Positions 1 to 8,952 of a stretch of 64,000 bases of DNA are shown here, in pieces. This stretch comes from Thermodesulfobacteriota bacterium (lineage in GTDB: Bacteria > Desulfobacterota > Binatia > Bin18), in contig OZ219926.1 of assembly GCA_964291405.2 (NCBI GenBank), positions 1,888,001 through 1,952,000 of the forward strand, in the 5' to 3' direction. How positions within the stretch are numbered: position 1 is the first letter of the stretch; each line of letters opens with the position of its first letter. Under the pieces are notes generated by a model. That model worked only from the letters and a program-made list of their open reading frames with translations. It was not told the DNA's origin and searched no databases. The translations under genes were made by a program, and so were the position numbers.

Positions 1-235
1 GTAGCCCCTTGCGCCAAAGAAAGCCACCGTTATTCGTGACGTATAAGGCTCCGTCCGGTCCCCGGGCGGCCCCGTTCGGACCACCGCCCGGAGTGGCGAA
101 GGTGGAGAGTGTTCCGTCAGGCGCAATTTTCCGAACGCGGCCCCCACGGATTTCCACACAATACACACTGCCGTCCGGGGCACAGACTGGGCCTTCCGGG
201 AATGCCAAGCCGGTTGCAATAACGGTGTCACTCAT
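1..235 (-). CDS. SMP-30/gluconolactonase family protein (5' part; runs off the window)
   Basis: Manual translation from ATG at 235: MSDTVIATGLAFPEGPVCAPDGSVYCVEIRGGRV...GGGPNGAARGPDGALYVTNNGG. FPEGP and GPNG motifs are typical of the family. Not in the ORF track. Confidence 0.85.
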   Translation of the reverse strand, partial: MSDTVIATGLAFPEGPVCAPDGSVYCVEIRGGRVRKIAPDGTLSTFATPGGGPNGAARGPDGALYVTNNGGFLWRKGL

Positions 236-269
236 AAGGACGAGCGTACCCGGCGTGCGCTCAAAAATT

Positions 270-815
270 TCAGGCCGCTTGCTGCTCTTTATGTTTCAGC
301 AACTTGCCCGCAATCTGGTCAATAACCTGGTCGGCCAACACCCGGACCTCATCTTCGAGCTTGGGCTGAATAGGATGTGGGACCAGAATGGGCTCATACT
401 GAGGCATACCAAGGGCCGCACATTGGGCGTGCGCAGCGCTCAGAAACTCCGTTGTCGTGATATTTGCAGTCGGGACACCTTTTTCTTCGAGCGCAATGAC
501 ATCGTGCGAACTGCACGATATGCAGCCGCCTCAATCGCTGAGCGCTTCAATGACCGCGTCACACTTTTCTTGCAGCTCCCGCTGAATGGCTTCAGCCGCA
601 GGCCGACCCGGAGTCAGTTTCGTCCGCCGCAGCACTTCCTTGACGCCGTACTGCTCGCGCAGGATTTCCTCCAGGCGGTCCAGGAAGAATACGCCTTTTG
701 CTTTGTTAATATCCAAGAGACCAACCGTGGTACCCGACAGAGTGTCCAGCCGGGTCGCGAAGGCCTTGGGCGATTGGTCGGCCCGCGAGGTCGGGTCTAG
801 TAATACGGTTCCCAT
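270..815 (-). CDS. UGSC-family selenoprotein, 181 aa, in-frame UGA (Sec) at 531-533
   Basis: The 94-aa ORF ends ...EALSD-TGA, but the frame continues GGCISCSSHDVIALEEKGVPTANITTTEF...LGMPQYEPILVPHPIQ...QQAA to TGA at 270-272. A SECIS-like hairpin follows the UGA. RBS AAGGAG upstream. Confidence 0.85.
499..521 (-). promoter_or_regulatory. Bacterial SECIS-like hairpin
   Basis: Minus strand reads ATATCGTGC-AGTTC-GCACGATGT: 9-bp stem with one G-U pair. The loop follows an 18-nt spacer after the UGA and has G at its second position. Confidence 0.75.
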
Positions 816-830
816 ACACTTCTCCTTTAC

Positions 831-1919
831 TTATGCATGAATCTCTTTTGTGGTGATGGTACTCCCGGAGCTTCCCCGGACCAAGCCTGGCACGGCAGCA
901 GAAAAACGGCCTGCCGTGCCACCCGCGACCACAATAAGAATACTCTCCGGTGCGGGAAACTTCGGATAGAGGGTGTCATCAGTCGGCGGCTCGGCCTGGA
1001 CGTTGACGCCAGCCAACATACTCACTCCGGCTCCCTCTCCGCCGTTGACCCCAGGCCGGAGTTCACGTAGCGGGCGACGGATGTGTTCAAATAAAAATTG
1101 ACGAAGATCATTTTTAGACCATCCATCCTGGGCAAAGGTCTTGGCATGCTCCGGTCCGACAATCAGCGCCGTATCCGAGAACACCGGAAAATTCTTGTGA
1201 TTCCAGACCGAGGCCATAGTCCAGCCAAGCGAGAGAGCCAACTGCTCTGCGCTGCGACTGGCATGGTCATTGATCTGAAGCGGGGAGTGACCACCAAACA
1301 GGGTGACGGTACTCTGTTCTGGACGAAAACCTTTCTCTACGTGCAGCGGCTCCCACGGACTCTCCTCCTCGGCCTCGCCAATACAGAACGTGAATTGGGC
1401 TGGATGGCCCAGGGTTGCCTTGCAAATCTCTTGGGGCTTCGCGCCGCCAATGTTGAGAATAATCAGGCGCAGCGCCCGCCCGATCGTGGCATTCGCCCGA
1501 AATCCATGGCCCAGGGCATTATGCCCGCAATTCACCCCAATGGTATGGCGCATGGGACCGTTAATAATCGTCAGTGGGGTTGCCGAGAATGTGGTGACGT
1601 TAATAGCGTGGGCCGCAAACTGTTCTTCACACAAGGCTTCCACCGCAGCGACGACAACCGGAAAATATGACGCCTGACACCCCGCCATCACCGCATTAAT
1701 CGCAACTTTTTCCAGACTGGCCGGTCCATAGTTGGGTCCTACCGTCCCCAAGACCTCTTGTGGGTCGCGGTCCACTACGGCGAGCAGCGCCATAACGCGT
1801 TCTGCGGTTGGCGGAACAACCGGCAGCCCATCGGTGAGTCCACTTGAAAAGAGGGCTTCAAAAGGGTCGTTCTCCTGAATATCGATGGGTTGTGAATGGA
1901 ATGCGGCAGCGTCCGCCAT
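831..1919 (-). CDS. Conserved hypothetical protein, partner of UGSC (seleno)proteins
   Basis: GLTDGLPVVPPT, EKVAINAVMAGC, RANATIGRALRL and EESPWEPLHVEKG motifs. Lies immediately upstream of the UGSC gene. Confidence 0.8.
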   Translation of the reverse strand: MADAAAFHSQPIDIQENDPFEALFSSGLTDGLPVVPPTAERVMALLAVVDRDPQEVLGTVGPNYGPASLEKVAINAVMAGCQASYFPVVVAAVEALCEEQFAAHAINVTTFSATPLTIINGPMRHTIGVNCGHNALGHGFRANATIGRALRLIILNIGGAKPQEICKATLGHPAQFTFCIGEAEEESPWEPLHVEKGFRPEQSTVTLFGGHSPLQINDHASRSAEQLALSLGWTMASVWNHKNFPVFSDTALIVGPEHAKTFAQDGWSKNDLRQFLFEHIRRPLRELRPGVNGGEGAGVSMLAGVNVQAEPPTDDTLYPKFPAPESILIVVAGGTAGRFSAAVPGLVRGSSGSTITTKEIHA

Positions 1920-1988
1920 GTCTCCCCTCCAAGCCTGCCCAGCCTTTCATTCCTGGCATACGGCTGTCAACATTAGGTGCCGGTCGGC

Positions 1989-2543
1989 TCAGTCGAGCAA
2001 TCTTTCTTCGAACACATCGTCCGGACCATACTGCGCCTGAAACGCCTGAAGCGCACGATTGAAGGCCGGGTCTTCTTCCGCATCGAGCAGCGCGTCCGCC
2101 GCGGACGGACCGAGCCGGGCCACGGCTGCCTGCCAGAGCTCCAGTCGCGGCGGAGACAGGGGAACGGACACGGTGTAGTGCAGTTCGGTATCGTCACTGA
2201 GCAGGATAACCGTCAGCTTCTCCTGTCGGACGAGCTTCCGCAGAATGGCGGTGTCGCTCGCCTGTCTCGGGTTGAGATAGAACACGCCGCCCTTGCTCCC
2301 CCCAAACGTCGGGTGCAGTTGGTAGCCGATGGCCACCACCCATATCCCCTTTGGGCTCTGCCACGTACACAGACTCAGGCTGAGCGGCAGGGGCGCGTCA
2401 ATAAACCAGCCCAGGTCTTCGACCCGGCTGACAACGGCCAACTCTTGTGTGCCTTCACGGTCAATAAACCGGACGGAGTACAGGGGTTCTTCCATTAAAA
2501 GCAGCCAGCTTTCTCGGTTAATCACCACACCGATCGGTTGCAT
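1989..2543 (-). CDS. Hypothetical protein (184 aa)
   Basis: Part of ORF 1989..2756. The likely start MQPIG is preceded by GAGGAG. No family recognised. Confidence 0.6.
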   Translation of the reverse strand: MQPIGVVINRESWLLLMEEPLYSVRFIDREGTQELAVVSRVEDLGWFIDAPLPLSLSLCTWQSPKGIWVVAIGYQLHPTFGGSKGGVFYLNPRQASDTAILRKLVRQEKLTVILLSDDTELHYTVSVPLSPPRLELWQAAVARLGPSAADALLDAEEDPAFNRALQAFQAQYGPDDVFEERLLD

Positions 2544-2697
2544 TGGGGGCACTCCTCTCCTCACGCGCTTGACCCACAGGCACGCATCTATCATACATGG
2601 CACTCGCATGGCAGGTTCGACGCCGGAACGCCCAGGGGCCACAGCGGGGCGTTCGGTGCAAAGGGCGCAAACACCGGTCATCACAAAAGGAGGGACC

Positions 2698-3984
2698 ATG
2701 GCGAGGCCGGTCAGGTATAAGATCGTTGGACTGCTGTTCTCCGGAACCATCATCAACTACATCGACCGGGTGAATATCTCTGTTGCCGCGCCGGTTATCA
2801 TGGCCGATTCCGGCTGGAGTAAGAGCGAGTTCGGGATGGTCTTTTCCGCCTTCCTGGTTGGCTACGCCGTGCTTCAGTTACCGGGCGGCCTGGTGGCCGA
2901 TCGTTGGAGCGCACGGAAAGTGCTGGCCCTCGCCTTTTGTGGCTTCTCGCTTTTCACGGCCTTGACCCCGCCGGCCATTGCTGCCTTTTGGCTGCTGCTC
3001 AGCGCGCGCTTTCTGGTCGGCATGTTTGAGTCCGTGACCATTCCGGCGCTCACCTCTGTCAACGCCCGGTGGATTCCGCGGGCCGAGTTCGGCCGCGCGC
3101 AGACCCTGAGCGTGTCCGGCGTGACGGTCGGTCAAATGATTGCCTACCCGCTCACCACCTGGATTATTCTCAACTTCTCCTGGCAGCTCGTCTTCTATTT
3201 TAACGCCCTGCTCGGCTTTGTCTGGGCGGCGGTGTGGCTGTGGTCTTCCACAGACACGCCCGGTGAGCATCCAAAGATTGATGCAGCGGAACGCAGCTAT
3301 ATTGAATCAAACCTGCCCCCCCGTCCGGCCGTTCCGCTGCCGTTGTGGACCGTGTTTTCCAGCGCGTCGCTGCTGACCGTGACCCTGGCCTTTATGTGTT
3401 TTGCCTACGTGCTGTGGATGTTCCTGTTCTGGTTTCCGACCTATTTGGTGGAGGCGCGCGGCATGTCTCTGGGGGTCATGGGCACAGTCGGCATTTTTAT
3501 GCACGGCGCGTCGTTCCTCGGTGTTATTGGAGCTGGGATGCTGTCAGACTGGCTGCTGCGCAACGGCTGGAATGCGCAGTTCGCCCGCGTGCGCTTTGGT
3601 GCTTTCGGCCTCACCCTGGCCCTGCCCTGCCTGGTTCTGGCGGCTCAGACCTCCTCGCCGCTGATCTGTACCGTTTTTCTGGTTCTTTTTTACGGACTGT
3701 TCAGTATGGGCATCGGGGTGTTTACCACTGTTGCCCTGGAGTTTAATCCACATCAAGCCGGCGCTATCTTCGGCATGATGAATACGCTCGGGACCTTTGC
3801 CGGGGTTCTGGGTCCCTGGTCCGCCGGGCAGATGATTGAGTACAGCGGAGGAGATTGGACCATACCGCTGTTTGTCGCGACCGGGGTGGGAGCAGTCAGC
3901 GCCCTCATCCTATTTGTGGTCAAGATCAGGAAGATCGAAATAAAGGACGTTGCCTTGGCGGAGGCAGCGCAAAGCGGTTCATGA
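2698..3984 (+). CDS. MFS transporter (anion:cation symporter-like)
   Basis: INYIDRVNISVAAP motif, about 12 hydrophobic segments, RBS AGGAGG before ATG 2698. Confidence 0.9.
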   Translation: MARPVRYKIVGLLFSGTIINYIDRVNISVAAPVIMADSGWSKSEFGMVFSAFLVGYAVLQLPGGLVADRWSARKVLALAFCGFSLFTALTPPAIAAFWLLLSARFLVGMFESVTIPALTSVNARWIPRAEFGRAQTLSVSGVTVGQMIAYPLTTWIILNFSWQLVFYFNALLGFVWAAVWLWSSTDTPGEHPKIDAAERSYIESNLPPRPAVPLPLWTVFSSASLLTVTLAFMCFAYVLWMFLFWFPTYLVEARGMSLGVMGTVGIFMHGASFLGVIGAGMLSDWLLRNGWNAQFARVRFGAFGLTLALPCLVLAAQTSSPLICTVFLVLFYGLFSMGIGVFTTVALEFNPHQAGAIFGMMNTLGTFAGVLGPWSAGQMIEYSGGDWTIPLFVATGVGAVSALILFVVKIRKIEIKDVALAEAAQSGS

Positions 3985-4017
3985 GTATATGATAATAGTG
4001 ATGGAGAGGAGGACCCC

Positions 4018-4317
4018 ATGGCAGATCGACAGAAACTCTCGGATACGGACATTCAGGCCAGGCTGGGCAGTATGCCGGGCTGGAGCGTAGTCGACGGGAA
4101 GTTGCACCGGGAGTATAAGTTCCAGGACTTTGTCCACGCCTTTGGTTTTATGGCCAGTGCGGCCCTGGTGGCGGAATCCATGAATCACCATCCCGAGTGG
4201 TTCAACGTCTACAGCACGGTGAACGTTGACCTGGCCACCCATGACGCCGGAGGCATTACCGAGCTGGACTTTACCCTGGCCGACAAGATGGAAGAACTCG
4301 CCAGCGCAGACAGTTGA
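4018..4317 (+). CDS. phhB: Pterin-4-alpha-carbinolamine dehydratase
   Basis: AESMNHHPEWFNVYSTVNVDLATHDAGGITELD signature. Confidence 0.9.
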   Translation: MADRQKLSDTDIQARLGSMPGWSVVDGKLHREYKFQDFVHAFGFMASAALVAESMNHHPEWFNVYSTVNVDLATHDAGGITELDFTLADKMEELASADS

Positions 4318-4403
4318 AAACCGATTACCGTTTCCTCTCCCCTGGCGAGCTGAGGGCCTGACAGTTTGGCAGAGACTGGGAATCCGGGGGCAGGAAACAG
4401 CAA

Positions 4404-4474
4404 CTCCCCTCCTGGGAGGGCGGCTATCCTGGCCGCCATGCGGGCTGGAAGCCCTCACTCCTAAAGGAGGAGAG
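4404..4474. repeat. REP-like palindromic cluster
   Basis: Hairpins CTCCC...GGGAG, GGCGGCTA-TCC-TGGCCGCC and GGGCT-GGA-AGCCC, between convergent genes. Confidence 0.5.
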
Positions 4475-4556
4475 AGGCGCGCTACACAGCATCGTGATTT
4501 GCTCTAGGGTGAGGGGTTCCCAACGGGGAACAGCTTTCGGCTGTCCCGCTCCTGCG

Positions 4557-5753
4557 TCAGATAACGCCCGCTTGTTCGAGCTTTTGCAGCTTTTCTGCGG
4601 AGAGACCCAGTAGACCCTGGTAAACGTCGCTATTGTGCTGGCCGAGCAGCGGGGCGGGAGTGACTTCGACCGGGGAGTCGTCGAGTTGGACCGCGCAGCC
4701 GGGCATGGTGATGCTGCCGCGGGTTGGATGTTCGACGGTGGCGACCATGCCGCGTTCACGCAGCTGTGGGTGGGTGAAAATATCGTGTGAGTCAAAAACC
4801 GCCCCACACGGCACACCGGCCTTTCCAAATCGTTCCATAACCTCGAACTTGGTGTACCGGGTGGTCCAGGCGCAAATAATGTCATACACCTCGTCAAAGC
4901 GGGTGTTGCGCTCGGACGTGGCGGTATAGCGCGGATCGCCGATCAAATCTTCGCGCTCAATCGTGCGCAGTAAACTCTCCCACATCCGCGGCGTCGTGGA
5001 CATGAGATAGACGTAGTCGTTGGGTCCGCCCGGCGCGCAGGGATAGGTGTCTGTAGGAGCGGCATGGCTGAGGCGGTTGCCGCTACGCTGCACCACGGCA
5101 TCGGCCTGAAGATGGTGGCGCATGGGCACCCGCATGTAATTGACCACCGCGTCCTGCATGGACACTTCCACGTGCTGCCCCTTGCCCGTTTTACCCCGCT
5201 GCAACAGGGCGGCCAGAATGCCGACGGCGCAGTGGATACCCGTGCCGGTATCGCCGATAGTCGGGCCGGGTTTGAGCGGCGGCGAGTCGGGCAGGCCGGT
5301 AATGCTCAGGGCTCCGCCGGTTGACAGGGCAATCGAGTTGAAACTCTTATACTCGCTCCACGGCCCGGATGTGCCAAAGCCCTTGATGGTGGCATAGATC
5401 AGCCGCGGGTCGAGCTGCTGCAAGTCCGCATAGCCGAGGCCCAGCCGTTCCATGGTGCCCGGAGAGAAATTCTCCAACACGACGTCGACCTGCGGGATCA
5501 GGGAGCGGAAGAGATTACGGCCCGGCTCAGTCTTGAGATTGAGGGTAATGCTGCGTTTATTGGCGTTCAGCAGAATAAAGAAATGCGAATCGAGCCCCGG
5601 CTCGTTGGTCAGAAAGTTTCGCCCCGACTCGCCGGTGCGGGGTGGTTCGACCTTAATCACGTCCGCGCCCAGAAAGGCCAATAACTCCGTACACGACGGA
5701 CCGGCTTCAAAATGCGACAAATCGAGAATACGCACATGATCGAGAGCGAGCAT
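4557..5753 (-). CDS. Class III CoA-transferase (formyl-CoA transferase/CaiB-BaiF family)
   Basis: AGPSCTELLAFLGADVIKVEPP, NANKRSITLNLK, IGDTGTG (catalytic Asp), APLLGQH. Confidence 0.92.
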   Translation of the reverse strand: MLALDHVRILDLSHFEAGPSCTELLAFLGADVIKVEPPRTGESGRNFLTNEPGLDSHFFILLNANKRSITLNLKTEPGRNLFRSLIPQVDVVLENFSPGTMERLGLGYADLQQLDPRLIYATIKGFGTSGPWSEYKSFNSIALSTGGALSITGLPDSPPLKPGPTIGDTGTGIHCAVGILAALLQRGKTGKGQHVEVSMQDAVVNYMRVPMRHHLQADAVVQRSGNRLSHAAPTDTYPCAPGGPNDYVYLMSTTPRMWESLLRTIEREDLIGDPRYTATSERNTRFDEVYDIICAWTTRYTKFEVMERFGKAGVPCGAVFDSHDIFTHPQLRERGMVATVEHPTRGSITMPGCAVQLDDSPVEVTPAPLLGQHNSDVYQGLLGLSAEKLQKLEQAGVI

Positions 5754-5882
5754 CGATTTTCTCCTTTTTTCTCAGCGCCTGATACCCTACCACCTGGGTC
5801 GCGTCTCTGCCAAGCTTGTCAAATGGAGAACGGCAAGAGATAATCAGAACGCAGACTTTCAATCAGGGAGGGACAGCAGGCT

Positions 5883-6749
5883 ATGCAGAACAAGAAAACG
5901 TACGATCGTACCACGCAGGATGTCGGCAACATCATCGGGATGGAGCATGTGAATGTCACCGTGCCGGACCAGGCGATTGCTTCGACCTTCTATATCTCCG
6001 GCCTCGGGTTCACCCGCGACCCGTATATGATGGTCGGGCCGGGCAATATGTGGGTGAACGTCGGCCAGCAGCAGTTTCACCTCCCGGCGAGTGATCCCCA
6101 GGTGTTCAGAGGCCACATCGGGTTGGTGGTTCCGGACTTGAATACCTTGCAGACGCGACTTGAGCGGGTCCAAAAACGCCTCGCCGATACTGCCTTTCGC
6201 TGGTCAGCTAAAAAAAGCTATGTCGCAGTGACGTGCCCGTGGGGAAATCAGTTGCGCTGTTACGCGCCGAGTCCGCAGTTTGGCAGCATGACGCTGGGGC
6301 TGCCCTATGTTGAGATGCCGGTCGCACCCCGCACGGCCCGCGGGATTTGCCAATTCTATCAGGATGTGATGAACACGCCGGCGAGAGTCATCCAGGAGCG
6401 TGGCGCGGCGGTCGCTCAGGTCCAGGTCGGACGTTCCCAGGTCTTACGTTTTCGGGAAACCTCGAAAACCATCCCCACCTATGACGGCCATCATATCGCC
6501 GTCTATGTTGCCAACTTTTCCGCTCCGCACACGTTCCTGAAACGTCACAAGTTGATTACCCAGGAGAGCGACGATCATCAATATCGTTTTCAGGCCATCG
6601 TCAATCCCAAAACCGGCAAGCTGTTATGCGAGCTTGAGCACGAGGTCCGCAGCCTGTTTCACCCCATGTACGAACGGGAGTTAGTGAACCGCAACGCCGG
6701 CCAGAGCATTTTTGCCTATCAGAAGGGACAGGACGCGTTTGCCGCCTGA
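5883..6749 (+). CDS. VOC/glyoxalase-like protein
   Basis: EHVNVTVPD...FY..GLG, WVNVGQQQFHLP, HHIAVYV. Confidence 0.7.
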   Translation: MQNKKTYDRTTQDVGNIIGMEHVNVTVPDQAIASTFYISGLGFTRDPYMMVGPGNMWVNVGQQQFHLPASDPQVFRGHIGLVVPDLNTLQTRLERVQKRLADTAFRWSAKKSYVAVTCPWGNQLRCYAPSPQFGSMTLGLPYVEMPVAPRTARGICQFYQDVMNTPARVIQERGAAVAQVQVGRSQVLRFRETSKTIPTYDGHHIAVYVANFSAPHTFLKRHKLITQESDDHQYRFQAIVNPKTGKLLCELEHEVRSLFHPMYERELVNRNAGQSIFAYQKGQDAFAA

Positions 6750-6763
6750 GCGGTTTGCAAGCG

Positions 6764-6798
6764 AAACCCACCCCGGCCTACGGCCACCCCTCCGAGGA
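6764..6798. repeat. REP-like element, left part (split by IS1595)
   Basis: AACCCACCCCGGCCTACGGCCACCCCTCCGAGGA is identical to the start of the intact copy at 35564. Confidence 0.85.
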
Positions 6799-6899
6799 GG
6801 GAATTATATACGGTCTTACCCAACCCGACACAGGGAAACTTTGTGTCAGGAATTGCATTTCCCAACATGTTACGCTAATTCTAGCACAGGAGATGTACC

Positions 6900-7079
6900 A
6901 TGAAGTCTACAAAAAAGGCGAATCACAAGCGCACCCCTGCGTCTAATAAGGGCGGGCGTCCTGCCCGCCCTATGCCGGAGTTGATTCCTGATACGCCAGA
7001 GGGCATCGCTAAGGCGTGCATGCAAGGGCCGCCGAAGAAAGACAAAGACTGGCGGTATACGGCAGAGGGCCAATCCTGA
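6900..7079 (+). CDS. IS passenger small protein (59 aa)
   Basis: AGGAG RBS. MKSTKKANHKRTPASNKGGRPARPMPELIPDTPEGIAKACMQGPPKKDKDWRYTAEGQS. Below the ORF-track cutoff. Confidence 0.6.
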   Translation: MKSTKKANHKRTPASNKGGRPARPMPELIPDTPEGIAKACMQGPPKKDKDWRYTAEGQS

Positions 7080-7109
7080 TAGGTGGGGTAATACACCAAA
7101 GGGAGGACC

Positions 7110-7241
7110 ATGCCGGACCAGGCTCATTTTGATGAATATTTCAATTCTGTTGATCCTAGAAAACCTCCTGAAGAGTCAGGCGAAAATGTAGAGGACAGAA
7201 GACCAACGAGGCTGAGAGAAGAGATTAGCCATCGTTCTTAG
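7110..7241 (+). CDS. IS passenger small protein (43 aa)
   Basis: GGGAGG RBS. MPDQAHFDEYFNSVDPRKPPEESGENVEDRRPTRLREEISHRS. Stop is 9 nt before the next ATG. Confidence 0.4.
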   Translation: MPDQAHFDEYFNSVDPRKPPEESGENVEDRRPTRLREEISHRS

Positions 7242-7250
7242 GGGTGCCAT

Positions 7251-7565
7251 ATGAAACATATCACTCTTGATGTGTCGGACGAGTTTTTTGAGGCTCTTAG
7301 CGAGCTGTCAGGGATTACGGAACCGGATACAGAGGGAGATCGTATAGCAAGATTATTGACATCATCCATTCGCACCTATGAATGGCTGCTCTATCAGCAA
7401 TACCAAGGAAGGAAATTAGTTGTTCTCGATCCGAGTGACCTTGAATTTCTCCAGGGGAAACTGCACGAATTGCGCGAGTACGGCAAGAAGCCTGACTCCG
7501 TATCTACACTTTTCCCAGAAGACAGAAAACCTCAGCTTGAAGAGTATTTTCACAAAGCTGCTTAG
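7251..7565 (+). CDS. IS passenger protein, possible ribbon-helix-helix DNA-binding protein
   Basis: N-terminal HITLDVSDEFFEALSEL...IARLLTSSIRTY has an RHH-like beta-alpha-alpha pattern. Confidence 0.55.
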   Translation: MKHITLDVSDEFFEALSELSGITEPDTEGDRIARLLTSSIRTYEWLLYQQYQGRKLVVLDPSDLEFLQGKLHELREYGKKPDSVSTLFPEDRKPQLEEYFHKAA

Positions 7566-7567
7566 TG

Positions 7568-7921
7568 ATGAGTGCTCCCGAGTTGGGAGGAGCGCCCTCT
7601 AGGTTTTCATCTTCTGACTTAAAAGAAACCCCGGAAAGCCGAATCTCCCGTATAGAGGGGAAGATAGATTCTTTTGCCACTAAGGAAGATATCCAAAAGC
7701 TTAAAGTGTGGATTCTGGGCGGTATGGCAGTGATAGGTGGAGCAGTTCTTCTGTCTATTTTTACAGCATTTGCTAGGGTATTTTTCAGTCAAACTCAAAT
7801 TTTTACTCCGCAATCAAATCCGAGTAGCGCAACCGCTTATTCGTCATCCCCCGTGCCATCTGTTCCATCTGAACAGCAGTATCAAGCGGGCGTTGGTTGT
7901 GACGACCAGCAAACTCCTTGA
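7568..7921 (+). CDS. IS passenger coiled-coil/transmembrane protein
   Basis: RISRIEGKIDSFATKEDIQKL followed by hydrophobic VWILGGMAVIGGAVLLSIFTAF. The 3' end overlaps the transposase convergently. Confidence 0.55.
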   Translation: MSAPELGGAPSRFSSSDLKETPESRISRIEGKIDSFATKEDIQKLKVWILGGMAVIGGAVLLSIFTAFARVFFSQTQIFTPQSNPSSATAYSSSPVPSVPSEQQYQAGVGCDDQQTP

Positions 7922-8738
7922 CATAGCGGTCCAAGTGTTTCTCACTCATCTTGTGATAGGTGCCGTAGTATCCGCGTTTGAGCATCGACCAGAAGGACTC
8001 TATGCCGTTTGTATGGGCTTGCCCGTTGACGTACTCCCCAACGCTATGCTTGACCGCTTCGTGATTGTCTAAGCCGATATAACCACCGTGCTCGTCCGTG
8101 TAGACCTTCGCTCCGTCTTCTTTCCGGGTATTCACAAACTCTTGTAGCGTCTCTTGATTAGTCCGCTCGACCACAGAGGCTTTCACGGCATTGGAGTCCC
8201 GGTCCTTCATACCGACCACAGCGGTCTTGCCGATTGTTCCGTTGGCGTTCGGGATTTTCTTGTCAGCATGTTTGTTCGCGTTCTTGCCACCCATGTAGGT
8301 CTCGTCTACTTCGACCGGCCCAGCAAAGGATGGCGTGTTATCTGCCCACGTTTCCCGGATACGGTGTGCCAAGTGCCAGGCTGTCTTTTGCGTGATGCCT
8401 AAGTCCCGGTGCAGCTTCATGCTCGACGTGCCCTTGATGCCAGTAGACATCAGGTAGAACGCCAGCGCCCATACTCGGTATCCCAGGTTTGAGCCTTGCA
8501 TCAGAGTTCCCGTCTTGACGGAAAAGTCTTTCCGGCACTCACGGCAACGGTAGGGCTGAGGCTTCCGGCTCTTGCGCTCTTGCACGTTGTCAGAATCGCA
8601 AGCTGGGCAATGCACCCCATCCGGCCAGCGTGTGTCGATAAACCATTGCTCAGCAGTCGCATCATCAGGAAACTTGTCCTGCAACTGTATGAGCGTCATG
8701 CCTTTTCTGTAGTGTTTGCCGGGTGCGTTCTGTGCCAT
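7803..8738 (-). CDS. IS1595-family transposase
   Basis: Zn ribbon CPAC...CREC, HTH (KLHRDLGITQKTAW), DDE motifs VEVDETY / VYTDE / HTNGIESFW, and the C-terminal HLDRYVKEF. Confidence 0.95.
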   Translation of the reverse strand: MAQNAPGKHYRKGMTLIQLQDKFPDDATAEQWFIDTRWPDGVHCPACDSDNVQERKSRKPQPYRCRECRKDFSVKTGTLMQGSNLGYRVWALAFYLMSTGIKGTSSMKLHRDLGITQKTAWHLAHRIRETWADNTPSFAGPVEVDETYMGGKNANKHADKKIPNANGTIGKTAVVGMKDRDSNAVKASVVERTNQETLQEFVNTRKEDGAKVYTDEHGGYIGLDNHEAVKHSVGEYVNGQAHTNGIESFWSMLKRGYYGTYHKMSEKHLDRYVKEFAGRHNQRPLDTAVQMEQMARGMTNKRLRYSDLIAE

Positions 8739-8763
8739 CTCGTTCCCTCCAAGTTATGGAAGA

Positions 8764-8792
8764 ATTTTACCCAAAAACGACACAAAAGTCAA
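8764..8792 (-). promoter_or_regulatory. sigma70-type promoter of the transposase
   Basis: Minus strand TTGACT-17 nt-TAAAAT, about 25 nt upstream of the ATG. GGAGG RBS. Confidence 0.7.
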
Positions 8793-8952
8793 GTGTTTTT
8801 AAGGGGTTTTCTATAAGAAATTTATGAATGTGCAACTTAGGATTATCCTATTCCTCATTATGCTGGGGATTGAGGGGCTCAGCCCCTTGACATGTGATAT
8901 ATATGAAGGCTAGGAGAGGCTTAGGGGAACCGTGGTGGAGCCTCTATTAGGA

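Noticed and set aside
9-800. 263-aa plus-strand ORF
   Set aside because: Antisense shadow of the selenoprotein and lactonase genes; no motifs.
531-815. 94-aa ORF taken as a complete protein
   Set aside because: The stop is better read as Sec, given the open downstream frame and SECIS-like hairpin.
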